64,000 nucleotides of DNA from Eubacteriales bacterium (GTDB lineage Bacteria; Bacillota; Clostridia; Christensenellales; Aristaeellaceae), in contig JAVBUD010000008.1 in the NCBI GenBank assembly GCA_031555755.1, positions 1,785 to 65,784 on the forward strand, read 5' to 3'. Of the stretch, positions 16,201-24,791 are shown one piece after another. Within the stretch, counting starts at the first letter, position 1. Every line of letters begins with the position of its first letter. The notes under the pieces were generated by a model. It made no database searches. It was not told the origin of the DNA and saw only the letters and a list, made by a program, of their open reading frames with translations. The position numbers and the translations under genes are program-made.

Positions 16201-17141
16201 GCACCCAGTTCATCCTGAAGTTCAAGGGCAAGGGCACACTCACCGCCCGCGCGCTGCAGATGCGCGTCAACCCCTTCGGGGCCAGCGGCAAGGCCACACT
16301 GGCCGTGCCCGACCTGCGCAGGATCAACGCAGAAGTGACCCACAGCCGCAAGAAGGGCACCGTCAAACTGGAGTTCCGCAACCGCGACCTGCAAAACCTC
16401 GCCCTCGGCACGCAGTTGCTGCAGATCACGCTGAAGTCGGCCTCCGGTGAGTCCAAGTCCCCGCCCATCACGCTGCTCAGCCTGGAGAGCCTCGCCCAAA
16501 ACTGGGCGCTGCCCACCTCGCTGCGCGCCGCCGCAGGCACCACCTACGACCTGATGCGCCTCAAGGACACCGACCCCGATGTCACCGTCAAGTCGGGCAA
16601 CAAGCGCATTGCCACCGTGGACGAGCGCGGAATCCTCACCGTCCACCGCCAGGGGAAGGTCACCCTCACCCTCGCGCTGCCCGGCGGCGCAACCAAGTCG
16701 TGCAAGCTCACCGCCCTCCCCAACAGCAGCAGCTACACCTGGCCGCTCCACATCCCCGGCCAGGCCGGGCTGTTCACCTCGCCGCGCCGCGTGTACTACG
16801 AAAAGGGCGCGCTGAGGCTGCAGATGTTCATCTACAACCGCACCGGCAAGACCCTCGCCGCCCTGCCCGCCATGAACATCGAGCTGTACCAAAACGGGGC
16901 GCTGGTCTACGCCGCCCCGGCCACCGTGAGCCCCCTCAAGACCCCGCTCAAACAAAATGCCTACATCACCCGCACGATCACCCTCACCACCGACGCCATC
17001 CCCGGCATCGACAAAAAACCTTTTGACCTCTCAAACCCGTTCTCCTTCCACCCCGCCCTCCGCGCACCCACCGCCGCCCCGCTGCACCCCGACACCCAGG
17101 GCACAAAAAACGCGCCGAACTCGGCGAAGCAGCAGCCATAA
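13272..17141 (+). CDS. Large secreted/surface protein: Gly-rich 'GAGIGG...ITINGG.V.A' repeat blocks (predicted beta-helix), Ig-like Big_2 domain, no recognisable wall anchor
   Basis: ATG at 13272 follows AAGGAGG. Signal peptide MKPIHKTLAWTFISLMLCLLLPQPAAQA. Two repeat blocks (about 13720-14060 and 14751-15020). Big_2-like VTVKSGNKRIATVDERGILTVHRQGKVTLTL near 16580-16700. The C-terminus has no LPXTG or TM segment. Confidence 0.85.
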   Translation: MKPIHKTLAWTFISLMLCLLLPQPAAQAADLADTLFLPPGVTKPEISTEPKAWPAEGYFCPLGQTAGETYWYVREKDWNLNYYGITIIGHVNIILENDCTLTCDASGSSYPGILVPGYLDTDGKPLHSLTIWATSDGSNKGKLIAKGGPEGAGIGGYEGETPGPITINGGEIEATGGYYGAGIGGSMSAAGIGGSGGIITINGGEVTATGAMFGAGIGGGGGNMSAGTSGTISILGGIVTANGGENGASAIGGGGGTNVTPAPMGDITIGSAAKVTTTVASGGDAPIGPGHSTAPPAFTLSVASSGNTHTATVFANERMHLLHNGANGFQYKWAYSTVGTTFQPITDAPNGPACTYTGVDIKKIQCSIYTHDTESPMTIFSADINTTLTGDPYYDPVHDSNRQAPNATELKDQTTLGEGGNISSWYVLKGNRAGNESIAIKPGSHVNLILNQGTSMTANGPNTFPGISVPGSASLTIWAARKDGNGVLTASGNGGAGIGGGAQQTGTLGPITINGGTVDAASIGGAGIGGGAQQTGTLGPITINGGTVEASSNFGAGIGGGVGQSGTLGPITIHGGTVTASSEFAGAGIGTGARSSISQPKITLDKAAKIKATGGKTDSGYGPGAPIGTGGQSSKTSGTPALALQTITPSAIAGARGAVTFEMINLRLTGTPTYTYILTPASGATITIPGDAGGFTAPASAGTYQVSCIVNHYRVGTTDFGITTESLPLTVTSLSPYKADPSIIGANPGLEHELTETGISGQLLILGAHADTLRPVVRIRNERGEVVHTAPGAALQPARPTGHNAGFAVPEADLTGLPAGRYTLWMSAPSDPYNESMADTCVGFFLIADGVPHYLGDNQLAVLTGSVQPLPVVFRVSGLAPAQSETVTLRVAGRDYPAILTRNGEHILSIDANFSAPGEHPLTLHPAEGDPVPLGTLRVVDHNETFAGELQDLVDEGARFVPVARGVQLAVTGTGTRTQFILKFKGKGTLTARALQMRVNPFGASGKATLAVPDLRRINAEVTHSRKKGTVKLEFRNRDLQNLALGTQLLQITLKSASGESKSPPITLLSLESLAQNWALPTSLRAAAGTTYDLMRLKDTDPDVTVKSGNKRIATVDERGILTVHRQGKVTLTLALPGGATKSCKLTALPNSSSYTWPLHIPGQAGLFTSPRRVYYEKGALRLQMFIYNRTGKTLAALPAMNIELYQNGALVYAAPATVSPLKTPLKQNAYITRTITLTTDAIPGIDKKPFDLSNPFSFHPALRAPTAAPLHPDTQGTKNAPNSAKQQP
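14751..15020 (+). repeat. Three tandem 90-bp (30-aa) in-frame repeats inside the surface-protein gene
   Basis: Units start at 14751, 14841 and 14931. Units 1 and 2 differ at only ~5 of their first 75 nt (GGAGIGGGAQQTGTLGPITINGGTV...). Confidence 0.9.
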
Positions 17142-17211
17142 GGCGGGAAGTATCATGTGAGAGGGGGATGGGTGATCGCCAAGACGGGTTTGACGCGCCG
17201 CGTTTTCGGGC

Positions 17212-17239
17212 TTGACGAACCGCCGATTTTGTGTATGCT
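17212..17239 (+). promoter_or_regulatory. Candidate promoter of the 17283 isomerase gene
   Basis: TTGACG (17212-17217), 16-nt spacer, TATGCT (17234-17239). CGGGYTTGACG is directly repeated 22 bp apart (17185-17195 and 17207-17217). Confidence 0.35.
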
Positions 17240-17282
17240 TAAGATAAGATGCGAATGGGCAACGCAAGGGAGGATGGGCCGG

Positions 17283-18083
17283 ATGATGCGGATTGGTCTG
17301 TGCGCGAACATGAGCGCAAAGGACCCGTGGGGTGTGGGTTATGAGTGCATCCCCGAACTGTCGCGGATGGGTTTTGACTTTGTGGAGCTGCCGCTGACCC
17401 CGATGGCCAACATGCCGGATGCCGCGTTTGAGGATGAGGTGCTGGGGCGGCTCGCGGGGGCGGGGATACCGTGCGGCGCTTGCAACATCTTTTTCCCGGG
17501 GGATGTGCGGCTGACCGGGCCGGACGCGGACCTGGGCAGGATCGGCGATTATGTGAAGCGCGCGCTGCCCCGCGCGGCGCGGGCGGGGGCGGAGGTCGTG
17601 GTGCTGGGCTCCTCAGGCGCGCGGAACCTGTCCCACGGCACGACGCCTGCCCAGGGCTATGTCCAGCTGGCCGAGGCGCTGGGCGTCATCGCGGGGATCG
17701 CGGCGCGGCACAGCATCCGCATCGCCATTGAGCCGCTGAACCGGCTGGAGTCCAACATCGTCAACAGCTACCTGAGCGCGCTGTACCTGGCCGCGCTGAG
17801 CCGTGCACCCAATGTGGGGGCGCTGGTGGACGCGTATCACTTCGCGCTGGGCAACGAGCCGCTGTCCGACCTTTGCACCTGCCTGCCCATTCATGTGCAC
17901 TACGCCGAGCCACTGGGCCGGAAGCTGCCGGATTGTCCCAGCGACTGGGGCCGCGCCTTCTTTGGCCAGCTCCGCGCCATCGGCTATGAGGGCATGGTGA
18001 GCCTGGAGGGCGTCGCAGGCGAGCCCTTCGGGCAGAGCGCCAGCCAAGCCCTGAACGCGATGCAGGCGTTGTGCCAAATATAG
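17283..18083 (+). CDS. Sugar phosphate isomerase/epimerase (xylose isomerase-like TIM barrel)
   Basis: ATG at 17283 follows GGGAGGA. GFDFVELP...VVVLGSSGAR...IRIAIEPLNRLESN...VDAYHF pattern of the AP_endonuc_2/TIM-barrel family. Confidence 0.75.
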   Translation: MMRIGLCANMSAKDPWGVGYECIPELSRMGFDFVELPLTPMANMPDAAFEDEVLGRLAGAGIPCGACNIFFPGDVRLTGPDADLGRIGDYVKRALPRAARAGAEVVVLGSSGARNLSHGTTPAQGYVQLAEALGVIAGIAARHSIRIAIEPLNRLESNIVNSYLSALYLAALSRAPNVGALVDAYHFALGNEPLSDLCTCLPIHVHYAEPLGRKLPDCPSDWGRAFFGQLRAIGYEGMVSLEGVAGEPFGQSASQALNAMQALCQI

Positions 18084-18096
18084 ACCACGGAAAACG

Positions 18097-18234
18097 CCGT
18101 CATTCTGAGCGGTAGCGAAGGACCTTCCTCAAGATCGTTAAGGTTTGAGGAAGGTCCTTCGCTACCGCTCAGGATGACGGGGGGCGCGGGGAGTAGGTTT
18201 GAGGAAGGTCCTTCGCTGGCGCTCAGGATGACGG
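18097..18234. repeat. REP-like palindromic intergenic element, copy 1 (left arm + two right arms)
   Basis: CCGTCATTCTGAGCGGTAGCGAAGGACCTTCCTCAA ... TTTGAGGAAGGTCCTTCGCTACCGCTCAGGATGACGG. A second right arm lies at 18198-18234. Starts 14 nt after the stop at 18083, between convergent genes. Confidence 0.85.
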
Positions 18235-18259
18235 GGGGATTTTTGGGTGCGAATGGGGG

Positions 18260-19279
18260 CTAGATCGTCGCCATTTTTCTTGCGCGGGCTTCGACCTTGC
18301 TGCGGATGACGTCGATGGTGACGGCGAGGATGATGACGGAGCCGATGACGATGTACTGGATGTCGTTGCCGGCGCTGAACAGGTTCAGGCCGTTGCGGAT
18401 GGTGGAGATCAGCAGCGCGCCGAGCAGCGTGCCCCAGATGGTGCCCTTGCCGCCCCGGAACGACGCGCCGCCGATGATGCAGGCCGCGATGGCGTCGGTG
18501 TCGTAGGTCGCCGCCGAGGCCGTGTTCGCGGTGTTCAGCCTGCCCGCGAGCACCACGCCCGCGATGCCGCACATCAGGCCGGATATGGTGTACACGACGG
18601 TCAGCACGTCCTTGGAGCGGATGCCGGACATGCGCGCCGCCTCGGGGTTGCCGCCCACGCAGTAGATCTGGCGGCCCAGCGCGGTGTGATTGAGGAACAC
18701 ATGGAACACGAGGTAGACCAGGATGACCAGGATGAAGCTGACCGGGAACCCGATGTCAAACACCGTCTGCTTGCCGATCCAAAGCACCTGGTCGATGCCC
18801 TTGCCGGAAAACCCGATGGTCTGGGAGCTGGTGATTAGCAGCGCCACGCCCCAGAACACATATTTCATGCCCAGCGTGGACACGAACGGATGCGGCAGGT
18901 CCAGCCGGGTCAGCAGCGTGCCGTTGATGAAACCGGCCACCGTGGACACGATGATGGCGCTGCCGATCAGCAGCACTGGGTTGGTAATGCCGAACTTCTG
19001 CATCAGCACGCCGATCACGCAGGTGGCGAGGATGGTGTTGTAGCCCACGGAGAGGTCGATGCCCGCCGTGATCAGCGCCAGCAGCATGCCGGACCCGATC
19101 AGGCAGTTGATGGACGTCTGCTTGAGGATGTTCATCATGTTGCTGATGCGCAGAAACCGGTCCGGCAGCGCCACGGAGAACACGCCGAACAGGATCGCCA
19201 GCACCAGCAGCGGCCCCAGCTTCATCAGAATGTCGCCGATGCCGGTCTTTTTCCTGGGCGGCGTCTGTGTGTTTGTCAT
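18260..19279 (-). CDS. Sugar ABC transporter permease (RbsC/BPD_transp_2 type)
   Basis: Start at MTNTQTPPRKK (ATG 19279) overlaps the upstream ATPase stop (ATGA). NILKQTSINCLIGSGMLLALITAGIDLSVG...GGASFRGGKGTIWGTLLGALL is typical of ribose-type permeases. Confidence 0.9.
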   Translation of the reverse strand: MTNTQTPPRKKTGIGDILMKLGPLLVLAILFGVFSVALPDRFLRISNMMNILKQTSINCLIGSGMLLALITAGIDLSVGYNTILATCVIGVLMQKFGITNPVLLIGSAIIVSTVAGFINGTLLTRLDLPHPFVSTLGMKYVFWGVALLITSSQTIGFSGKGIDQVLWIGKQTVFDIGFPVSFILVILVYLVFHVFLNHTALGRQIYCVGGNPEAARMSGIRSKDVLTVVYTISGLMCGIAGVVLAGRLNTANTASAATYDTDAIAACIIGGASFRGGKGTIWGTLLGALLISTIRNGLNLFSAGNDIQYIVIGSVIILAVTIDVIRSKVEARARKMATI

Positions 19280-20781
19280 GCGAGTGTCCCTCCCCATGCG
19301 GCCTTCATGATGTCCTCCTGATTGAAGTGCGCGCCGCCGCGCTCGATGGTCGCCATCACGCGGCCAGCGCGCATGACCACCACGCGGTCGGCCATGCCCA
19401 GCACCTCCGGCAACTCTGAGCTGACCATGATCACGCACTTGCCCTGGCGCACCAGGTCGTTCATGATGTTGTACACCTCGACCTTCGCGCCCACGTCGAT
19501 GCCGCGCGTGGGCTCATCGAAGATGTAGATGTCCACGTCACAATTGATCCATTTGCCGATGACCACCTTCTGCTGGTTGCCGCCGCTGAGCTGGACCACG
19601 ACCTCGTTCACCGAGGGCGTCTTGATCCGCAGCGCCTTGACCAGCGCACGGCTGTTCTCGTCGATCTGGCGGCGCTTCAGCAGCGGCCCCGCCTGGAACC
19701 GCTTCATGTTCGCCAGGATCACATTCGTCTTCACGGTCTGGGACAGCACCAGGCCCTGGCCCTTGCGGTCCTCCGTGAGAAACGCGATGCCGCCTCGGAT
19801 CGCGTCGCCGGGGCCGTGAAAGCGCACGGGCGCGCCCTTGATGGACAGCTGGCCGCCGTCCAGTTTGTCCGCCGCGAACACGGCGCGCATGGTCTCCGTG
19901 CGGCCCGCGCCCACCAGACCAGCAAACGCCAGGATCTCGCCCGCGTAGGCCTCGAAGCTCACGTCCCGCACCGCGCCGACCACGGACAGGCGCTCGGCCC
20001 TGAGGACGCATTCGCCCCGCCGGGCCGGGACCTTGGGGAACTGGTTGTCCAGCGTGCGGCCGACCATGGCCTGGATCAGCCGGTCGTTGGTCATGCCGGA
20101 CATGTCCTCGGTCATGATGTGCTCGCCGTCGCGCATCACGGTGACGCGGTCGCACAGCTCGAACAGCTCCTCCAGCTTGTGGGACACGAACAGGATCGCG
20201 ATGCCGCGCGACTTCAGCGTGCGCACGGTGGCCATCAGCTGCTTGATCTCCTGCTCGCCCAGTGAGCTGGTCGGCTCGTCCATGATCAGCAGCTTGGCGT
20301 TGACGGTGACTGCCTTGGCGATCTCAACCATCTGCTGCAGGCCGATGCCCAGCTTGCCGCACTCTTTTTTCGTGTCGATGTCCGTCTGGCCCAGCATGGC
20401 CAGCGCCTGCCGCGCCTCTCGGTGCATCGCCCTGTAGTCCAGCAGGCCCAGCCTGTTTTTGATCTTTCTGCCCATGAACACATTGTCCACCACCGGCAGC
20501 ATCGGCACGATGTTCAGCTCCTGATAGACGCAGGTGATGCCCGCCTCCCGGGCCTGGACGGGGTTTTGGAAGGCGCGCTTTTCGCCCTCCACCAGGATCT
20601 CACCCTCCTCGGGCACGTACACGCCCGTGAGCACCTTGATCAGTGTGGACTTGCCCGCGCCGTTTTCACCGATCAGCCCGTGGATCTCACCGGGCCGGAT
20701 CTGGATGTGCATGTCGCGCATGGCCACCACGCCGGGAAACTTCTTGGTCACATGCCTGAGTTCGACGATGTATTCGGACAT
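19276..20781 (-). CDS. Sugar ABC transporter ATP-binding protein, duplicated ABC domains (RbsA/MglA type)
   Basis: Walker A GENGAGKSTL, ABC signature LSGGNQQKV, Walker B IYIFDEPTRGID. Two-cassette length of 501 aa. Confidence 0.95.
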   Translation of the reverse strand: MSEYIVELRHVTKKFPGVVAMRDMHIQIRPGEIHGLIGENGAGKSTLIKVLTGVYVPEEGEILVEGEKRAFQNPVQAREAGITCVYQELNIVPMLPVVDNVFMGRKIKNRLGLLDYRAMHREARQALAMLGQTDIDTKKECGKLGIGLQQMVEIAKAVTVNAKLLIMDEPTSSLGEQEIKQLMATVRTLKSRGIAILFVSHKLEELFELCDRVTVMRDGEHIMTEDMSGMTNDRLIQAMVGRTLDNQFPKVPARRGECVLRAERLSVVGAVRDVSFEAYAGEILAFAGLVGAGRTETMRAVFAADKLDGGQLSIKGAPVRFHGPGDAIRGGIAFLTEDRKGQGLVLSQTVKTNVILANMKRFQAGPLLKRRQIDENSRALVKALRIKTPSVNEVVVQLSGGNQQKVVIGKWINCDVDIYIFDEPTRGIDVGAKVEVYNIMNDLVRQGKCVIMVSSELPEVLGMADRVVVMRAGRVMATIERGGAHFNQEDIMKAAWGGTLA

Positions 20782-20870
20782 GGCTCAGGTTCACCTCGCT
20801 GTCGATAGAGGGCGGGCGACCCGGGGACTTAAGCGTGCCCAGGTCGCCCGCGCGTTTGTGCGATGCCGGT

Positions 20871-21788
20871 TTACTTCAGGAACTCGGCGCTGTTCGCCGC
20901 GTCGATGACCACCGTGGCGACGGACACGGTCTTCTCGACGGCCTCGCCCTTCAGGGCCTTCAGCGCGGTCTCCACGGCCTGATAGCCCATCAGTTTCGGC
21001 TGCTGGGCGACGGTGCCCATCAGTTTTCCCGCTGCGATCAGCTCGACCGCGCTCTTGTTGCCGTCGAAGCCCAGGATGTTGATCCCGGAGGCGCCCGCGG
21101 ACTCGACCGCGTTCAGCGCGCCGATGGCGGTGTCGTCATTGTGGCACAGCACCAGGTTGATGCCGTCCGGATACGCGTTCAGCAGGTCCTCCATGACCTT
21201 GGTCGCGCCGTCGGTGGTGTTGTTGCCGCTGAGCATGGCGACGGGGGCCAGGCCCGCCTCGGTCAGCGCGCGCTCATAGCCCGCCTTGCGCAGGTTGGAC
21301 GTGTTGTCGCCCTCCTGGCCGTAGATGATGACGGCCTTGGTGGCCTCGCCGCCGATCTTCGCGGCGTACGCGCCGCCGGAGTACGCGGCCTCCTCGTTGG
21401 AGGTGCCCACGAACGAGGTCTTGGACTCAAAGGCGCAGTCGGTGTCGCAGAAAACGACGTAGCCCGTGTAGCCCGTCGATTCCAGCACGCCGATCACGGC
21501 GTCGCCGTCCAGCGGGGCGATGATGATGGCGTCGGGGTTGCCGGCCAGCTGGGTCTCCAGCTGGGCGACCTGCTCGGCGATCTCGGTCTCGGCGGCGGCG
21601 CCCTGCACGTCGATGGCCACGCCCAGCTCGGCCGCGGCCTCGTCACAGCCGCTCTTGACGGTCTGCCAGTATTCGCTGGACAATGTCTTGAGGTTGATTG
21701 CGATGTTGAATGATTCCTCAGCCATCACGGGGGAGCAGACGAGCAGAACCATGACCATCACCAACAGAGCGGAAAGCAGTTTCTTCAT
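20871..21788 (-). CDS. Sugar ABC substrate-binding protein (periplasmic-binding-protein type I, RbsB-like)
   Basis: Start at MKKLLSALLVMVMVLLVCSPVMA follows AGGAGGGA. NIAINLKTLSSEYWQTVKSG...AIIIAPLDGDA...GFDGN are typical Peripla_BP_4 features. Confidence 0.9.
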   Translation of the reverse strand: MKKLLSALLVMVMVLLVCSPVMAEESFNIAINLKTLSSEYWQTVKSGCDEAAAELGVAIDVQGAAAETEIAEQVAQLETQLAGNPDAIIIAPLDGDAVIGVLESTGYTGYVVFCDTDCAFESKTSFVGTSNEEAAYSGGAYAAKIGGEATKAVIIYGQEGDNTSNLRKAGYERALTEAGLAPVAMLSGNNTTDGATKVMEDLLNAYPDGINLVLCHNDDTAIGALNAVESAGASGINILGFDGNKSAVELIAAGKLMGTVAQQPKLMGYQAVETALKALKGEAVEKTVSVATVVIDAANSAEFLK

Positions 21789-21948
21789 GAGCGGGATCCC
21801 TCCTGTTTTTATCGTGTGTGCGCGCACCGCGCCGCTGAATCCATTTTATATCCAGCTTAACGTTTCTGTCAATCCCTTTCGACGAACTTGCACAAAAACT
21901 AGTCGTCGCTCTGCCGCGATTGTTTGGCGGATGATACAAACGGTTAAC

Positions 21949-22773
21949 TCATTTTCTTCGGTAGGCCGAGGGGGTCACGCCCGCCTTGCGCTTGAACAGC
22001 CTGCTGAAATAATACTCGTTGCCGAAGCCGCAGCGCAGCGCGACTTCGCGCAGGCTGAGTTCTGTGGAAAGCAGCAGTCGCTTGGCCGCCGTGACGCGCA
22101 TCAGAATCAGGTCTTCTGCCGGGCTGACGTTGAACTGCTCGCGGTACACCACGGAGAACCGGCTGGGGCTCAGGTTCAGGATTGTGGCCATGCGCGGCAC
22201 GGACCAATCCTGCTCCGGCGCGTCCTCCACCTGCTGGCGGAGCTCCAGCAGCTGCGCGTGGTACAGTGTGCTGGAGCGGGCGCTGCCCAGCTCGCCATAG
22301 GCGCGCTGGATGCGGATCAGCATGCGCTCGATGGCGCCGGAGACCATCAGCTCGTAGGACTCGCGCCGGTAAAGCAGCTCTTCCCGCATCTGCGACAGCT
22401 CGGCGCGGATGAACAGCGGGTCGCCGGTGGGGATCAGGGCGTTCACCGGTACGTTCAGCGCCTCGAAGGCTGCTGGGTTCATCACCCACAGGTGCGCCCA
22501 ATCGTTCACAAACCCGGTCCGCTCGCCGGGTGCGGTGGTGTGATATTCGCTGAAGGTGGGCGCCAGCACGAAGCAGTCGCCGGGCTGGCCGATCTGCAGC
22601 CCGTCCCGAGTCAAGATTTGGATGGGCGTGGCGAAGCAGAGCACCACGATCTGGTAGGCGCCGGGCTGGCGGCGCTGAGGGCTGTTCTGCGCGATGATGA
22701 AGGGCGGATTGTTGACGACATCGGCCGCGTCATGGCCGGTTTCGGTGTCCAGTAGCTCCACCTGGTAATGCAT
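21949..22773 (-). CDS. AraC-family transcriptional regulator (cupin sensor + HTH)
   Basis: Start at MHYQVELLD follows AAAGGAG. C-terminal W.VPRMATILNLSPSRFSVVYREQFNVSPAEDLILMRVTAAKRLL...EYYFSRLFKRKAGVTPSAYRRK. Confidence 0.85.
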   Translation of the reverse strand: MHYQVELLDTETGHDAADVVNNPPFIIAQNSPQRRQPGAYQIVVLCFATPIQILTRDGLQIGQPGDCFVLAPTFSEYHTTAPGERTGFVNDWAHLWVMNPAAFEALNVPVNALIPTGDPLFIRAELSQMREELLYRRESYELMVSGAIERMLIRIQRAYGELGSARSSTLYHAQLLELRQQVEDAPEQDWSVPRMATILNLSPSRFSVVYREQFNVSPAEDLILMRVTAAKRLLLSTELSLREVALRCGFGNEYYFSRLFKRKAGVTPSAYRRK

Positions 22774-22931
22774 GACAAATCCGCTCCTTTGGACAGTTGA
22801 AAAGTATAAACCGCACATCATACTATACTCGATAGTGCAAAGAAATGCAATATAATTCTATTGAATCTCGCCGGACATGCTGATAAACTTAATTTATATC
22901 GCCGCATGTTTTAACAATAAGAGGTGGACAA

Positions 22932-23900
22932 ATGAACACAATGCGCGCTTGGGTGCTGACCGGTCCGGGTGAACTGGCCCTCATGAACGTGCCCGTCCCG
23001 GAGCCCGCTTCGGATGAGGTGTTGATTCGGATAGACGTAATGTGCATCTGCAACGGATCGGACCCAGAGATTTTCCATGGCCACGAGGCGTATCAGCTGC
23101 CCATGATCTTCGGGCATGAGGCATCGGGCTCGATCGTGAAGCTGGGCGCGGACGTGACGGGCTTTTCATTGGGCGACCGGGTCTGCTGGTGGTGCACCAT
23201 GGGCGCGTTCGCGGAGTACACGGCGGTGTCCCCGGCCCGGGCGGCCATGTTCGTCGTGCCGGAGAACGTGACGCGGGAGCAGTCGCCGGTGCTGGAGCTT
23301 GTCATCGCCGCCAGCCGTGCGCTGATGCCGTTCACAGAGGACTGCCGGGGCAAGCGGCTGCTGATCATGGGGCTTGGGCCCAGCGGGCTCACCGCTGTCC
23401 AGTACGCCAAGGCGCTGGGGTTTGAGGCGGTCTATGGCTGGGATCTGTACGCGCAGCGCCGGGAGCGCGCGCTGCAAGTGGGCTGCGACAGCGTGCTGGA
23501 CCCCGCGTCGCCGGACTTTGACCGGGCCGCGCAGGCGCTGCCCGAGGCGGACATCGCCATCGACATGATGGGGGACGAGCTGCTTTCGACCAGCACATTC
23601 ACCAAGATGCTGCGCCGCACCAAGGTGGGCGGCACCGTGGTGTCCTACGGCCATCCGGAGCACGGGCGCACGTTTTCGCCCTATGTGTTCCAGTCGCGCA
23701 ACCTGACGATGATCCCGCCGGAGAACCGGCTCCCCGTGATCCGCGAAAAGGGCGCGGCGCTGATGGGGATGATCCGGGACGGAAGGCTGCAGATTCAGCC
23801 GCTGATCACCGATGTGCGCCCATTCGACGCGCTGGGGGACTCGTTTCGGGCGCTGCTCGCTGATCCGGGCAGCGAGATCAAGCTGATCTTCACACTGTAA
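22932..23900 (+). CDS. Zn-dependent medium-chain dehydrogenase/reductase (polyol/sugar dehydrogenase-like)
   Basis: C..CICNGSD...GHEASGSIVKLG...GDRV catalytic-zinc motifs and a Rossmann segment LLIMGLGPSGL. Confidence 0.85.
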   Translation: MNTMRAWVLTGPGELALMNVPVPEPASDEVLIRIDVMCICNGSDPEIFHGHEAYQLPMIFGHEASGSIVKLGADVTGFSLGDRVCWWCTMGAFAEYTAVSPARAAMFVVPENVTREQSPVLELVIAASRALMPFTEDCRGKRLLIMGLGPSGLTAVQYAKALGFEAVYGWDLYAQRRERALQVGCDSVLDPASPDFDRAAQALPEADIAIDMMGDELLSTSTFTKMLRRTKVGGTVVSYGHPEHGRTFSPYVFQSRNLTMIPPENRLPVIREKGAALMGMIRDGRLQIQPLITDVRPFDALGDSFRALLADPGSEIKLIFTL

Positions 23901-23919
23901 AGAGAGGGGCTGACCACCC

Positions 23920-24780
23920 ATGAAACTCGGCATCTCCGGGCAGGCGCTGGGCGGCGTGATGGACTTCTCGCAGATCGTCAGCATGGGCAAATCGTACGGC
24001 GTTTTTGACTTTGAGATCTGGCCCGTCAACGCGAAGGGCGAGGGCGCGGGTTATCTCAGGCGCGATGTGGGCGAGATACGGCGCGTGTGCGAGGGCGAGG
24101 GCGTGCGCATAGGATGCGTGACGCTGGGCGACGCGTTTGACGAAGCCGCTGTGGGGGACGAGGCTGGCTATGTGGCCGCGCTGTGCTCCGCCGTCGAGGC
24201 CGCCAAGATCCTCGGCGCGCCCGTGGTGAACCACTACTGCTACCACATCAGCCGGGACGAGCCGGACTTCGCCCGGATGGAGCGCTACTGGTCGGAGCCG
24301 CTGCGCCTGGCGGAAAACCTTAACATCGCACTGGCCCTGGAAAACGAGGCCCACGACGCCACGCGCACGCCGGATCGAATGGCGGCGGTGCTGGCCCACT
24401 TCGACCACCCGAATTTTCTGACCAACTACGACGCCACCAACTACTTCCACGCGAGCTGTGAGGGCTATCCGGCGGGGTACGAGGTGCTCTGTGACCGCAT
24501 CGGCTATGTGCACCTGAAGAACGCCTGCCTGCACCGGCCCGGGATGCCCCAGGAAAACACCGGCGCGCCCATGTCGGGCCATTTTGGGCCTGCGCCGATT
24601 CAGTACACGCCCATCCCAGACGGCGCGCTGAACATCGCCGGACTGATCACGCGGCTCATGGAGGACGGAAAGTACGATGGGTTGTGCACGCTGGAGCCGC
24701 ACACGAAACCAGAGTTCGTCCAGTCGTTCTACGCCCGCGAGTGCGCGTACCTGCACGGCCTCGGATTTTTCATTGAATAG
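23920..24780 (+). CDS. Sugar phosphate isomerase/epimerase (xylose isomerase-like TIM barrel)
   Basis: GAPVVNHYCYH...IALALENE...YVHLKN pattern. GAGAGGGG RBS. Confidence 0.75.
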   Translation: MKLGISGQALGGVMDFSQIVSMGKSYGVFDFEIWPVNAKGEGAGYLRRDVGEIRRVCEGEGVRIGCVTLGDAFDEAAVGDEAGYVAALCSAVEAAKILGAPVVNHYCYHISRDEPDFARMERYWSEPLRLAENLNIALALENEAHDATRTPDRMAAVLAHFDHPNFLTNYDATNYFHASCEGYPAGYEVLCDRIGYVHLKNACLHRPGMPQENTGAPMSGHFGPAPIQYTPIPDGALNIAGLITRLMEDGKYDGLCTLEPHTKPEFVQSFYARECAYLHGLGFFIE

Positions 24781-24791
24781 GAGGGATTGAC

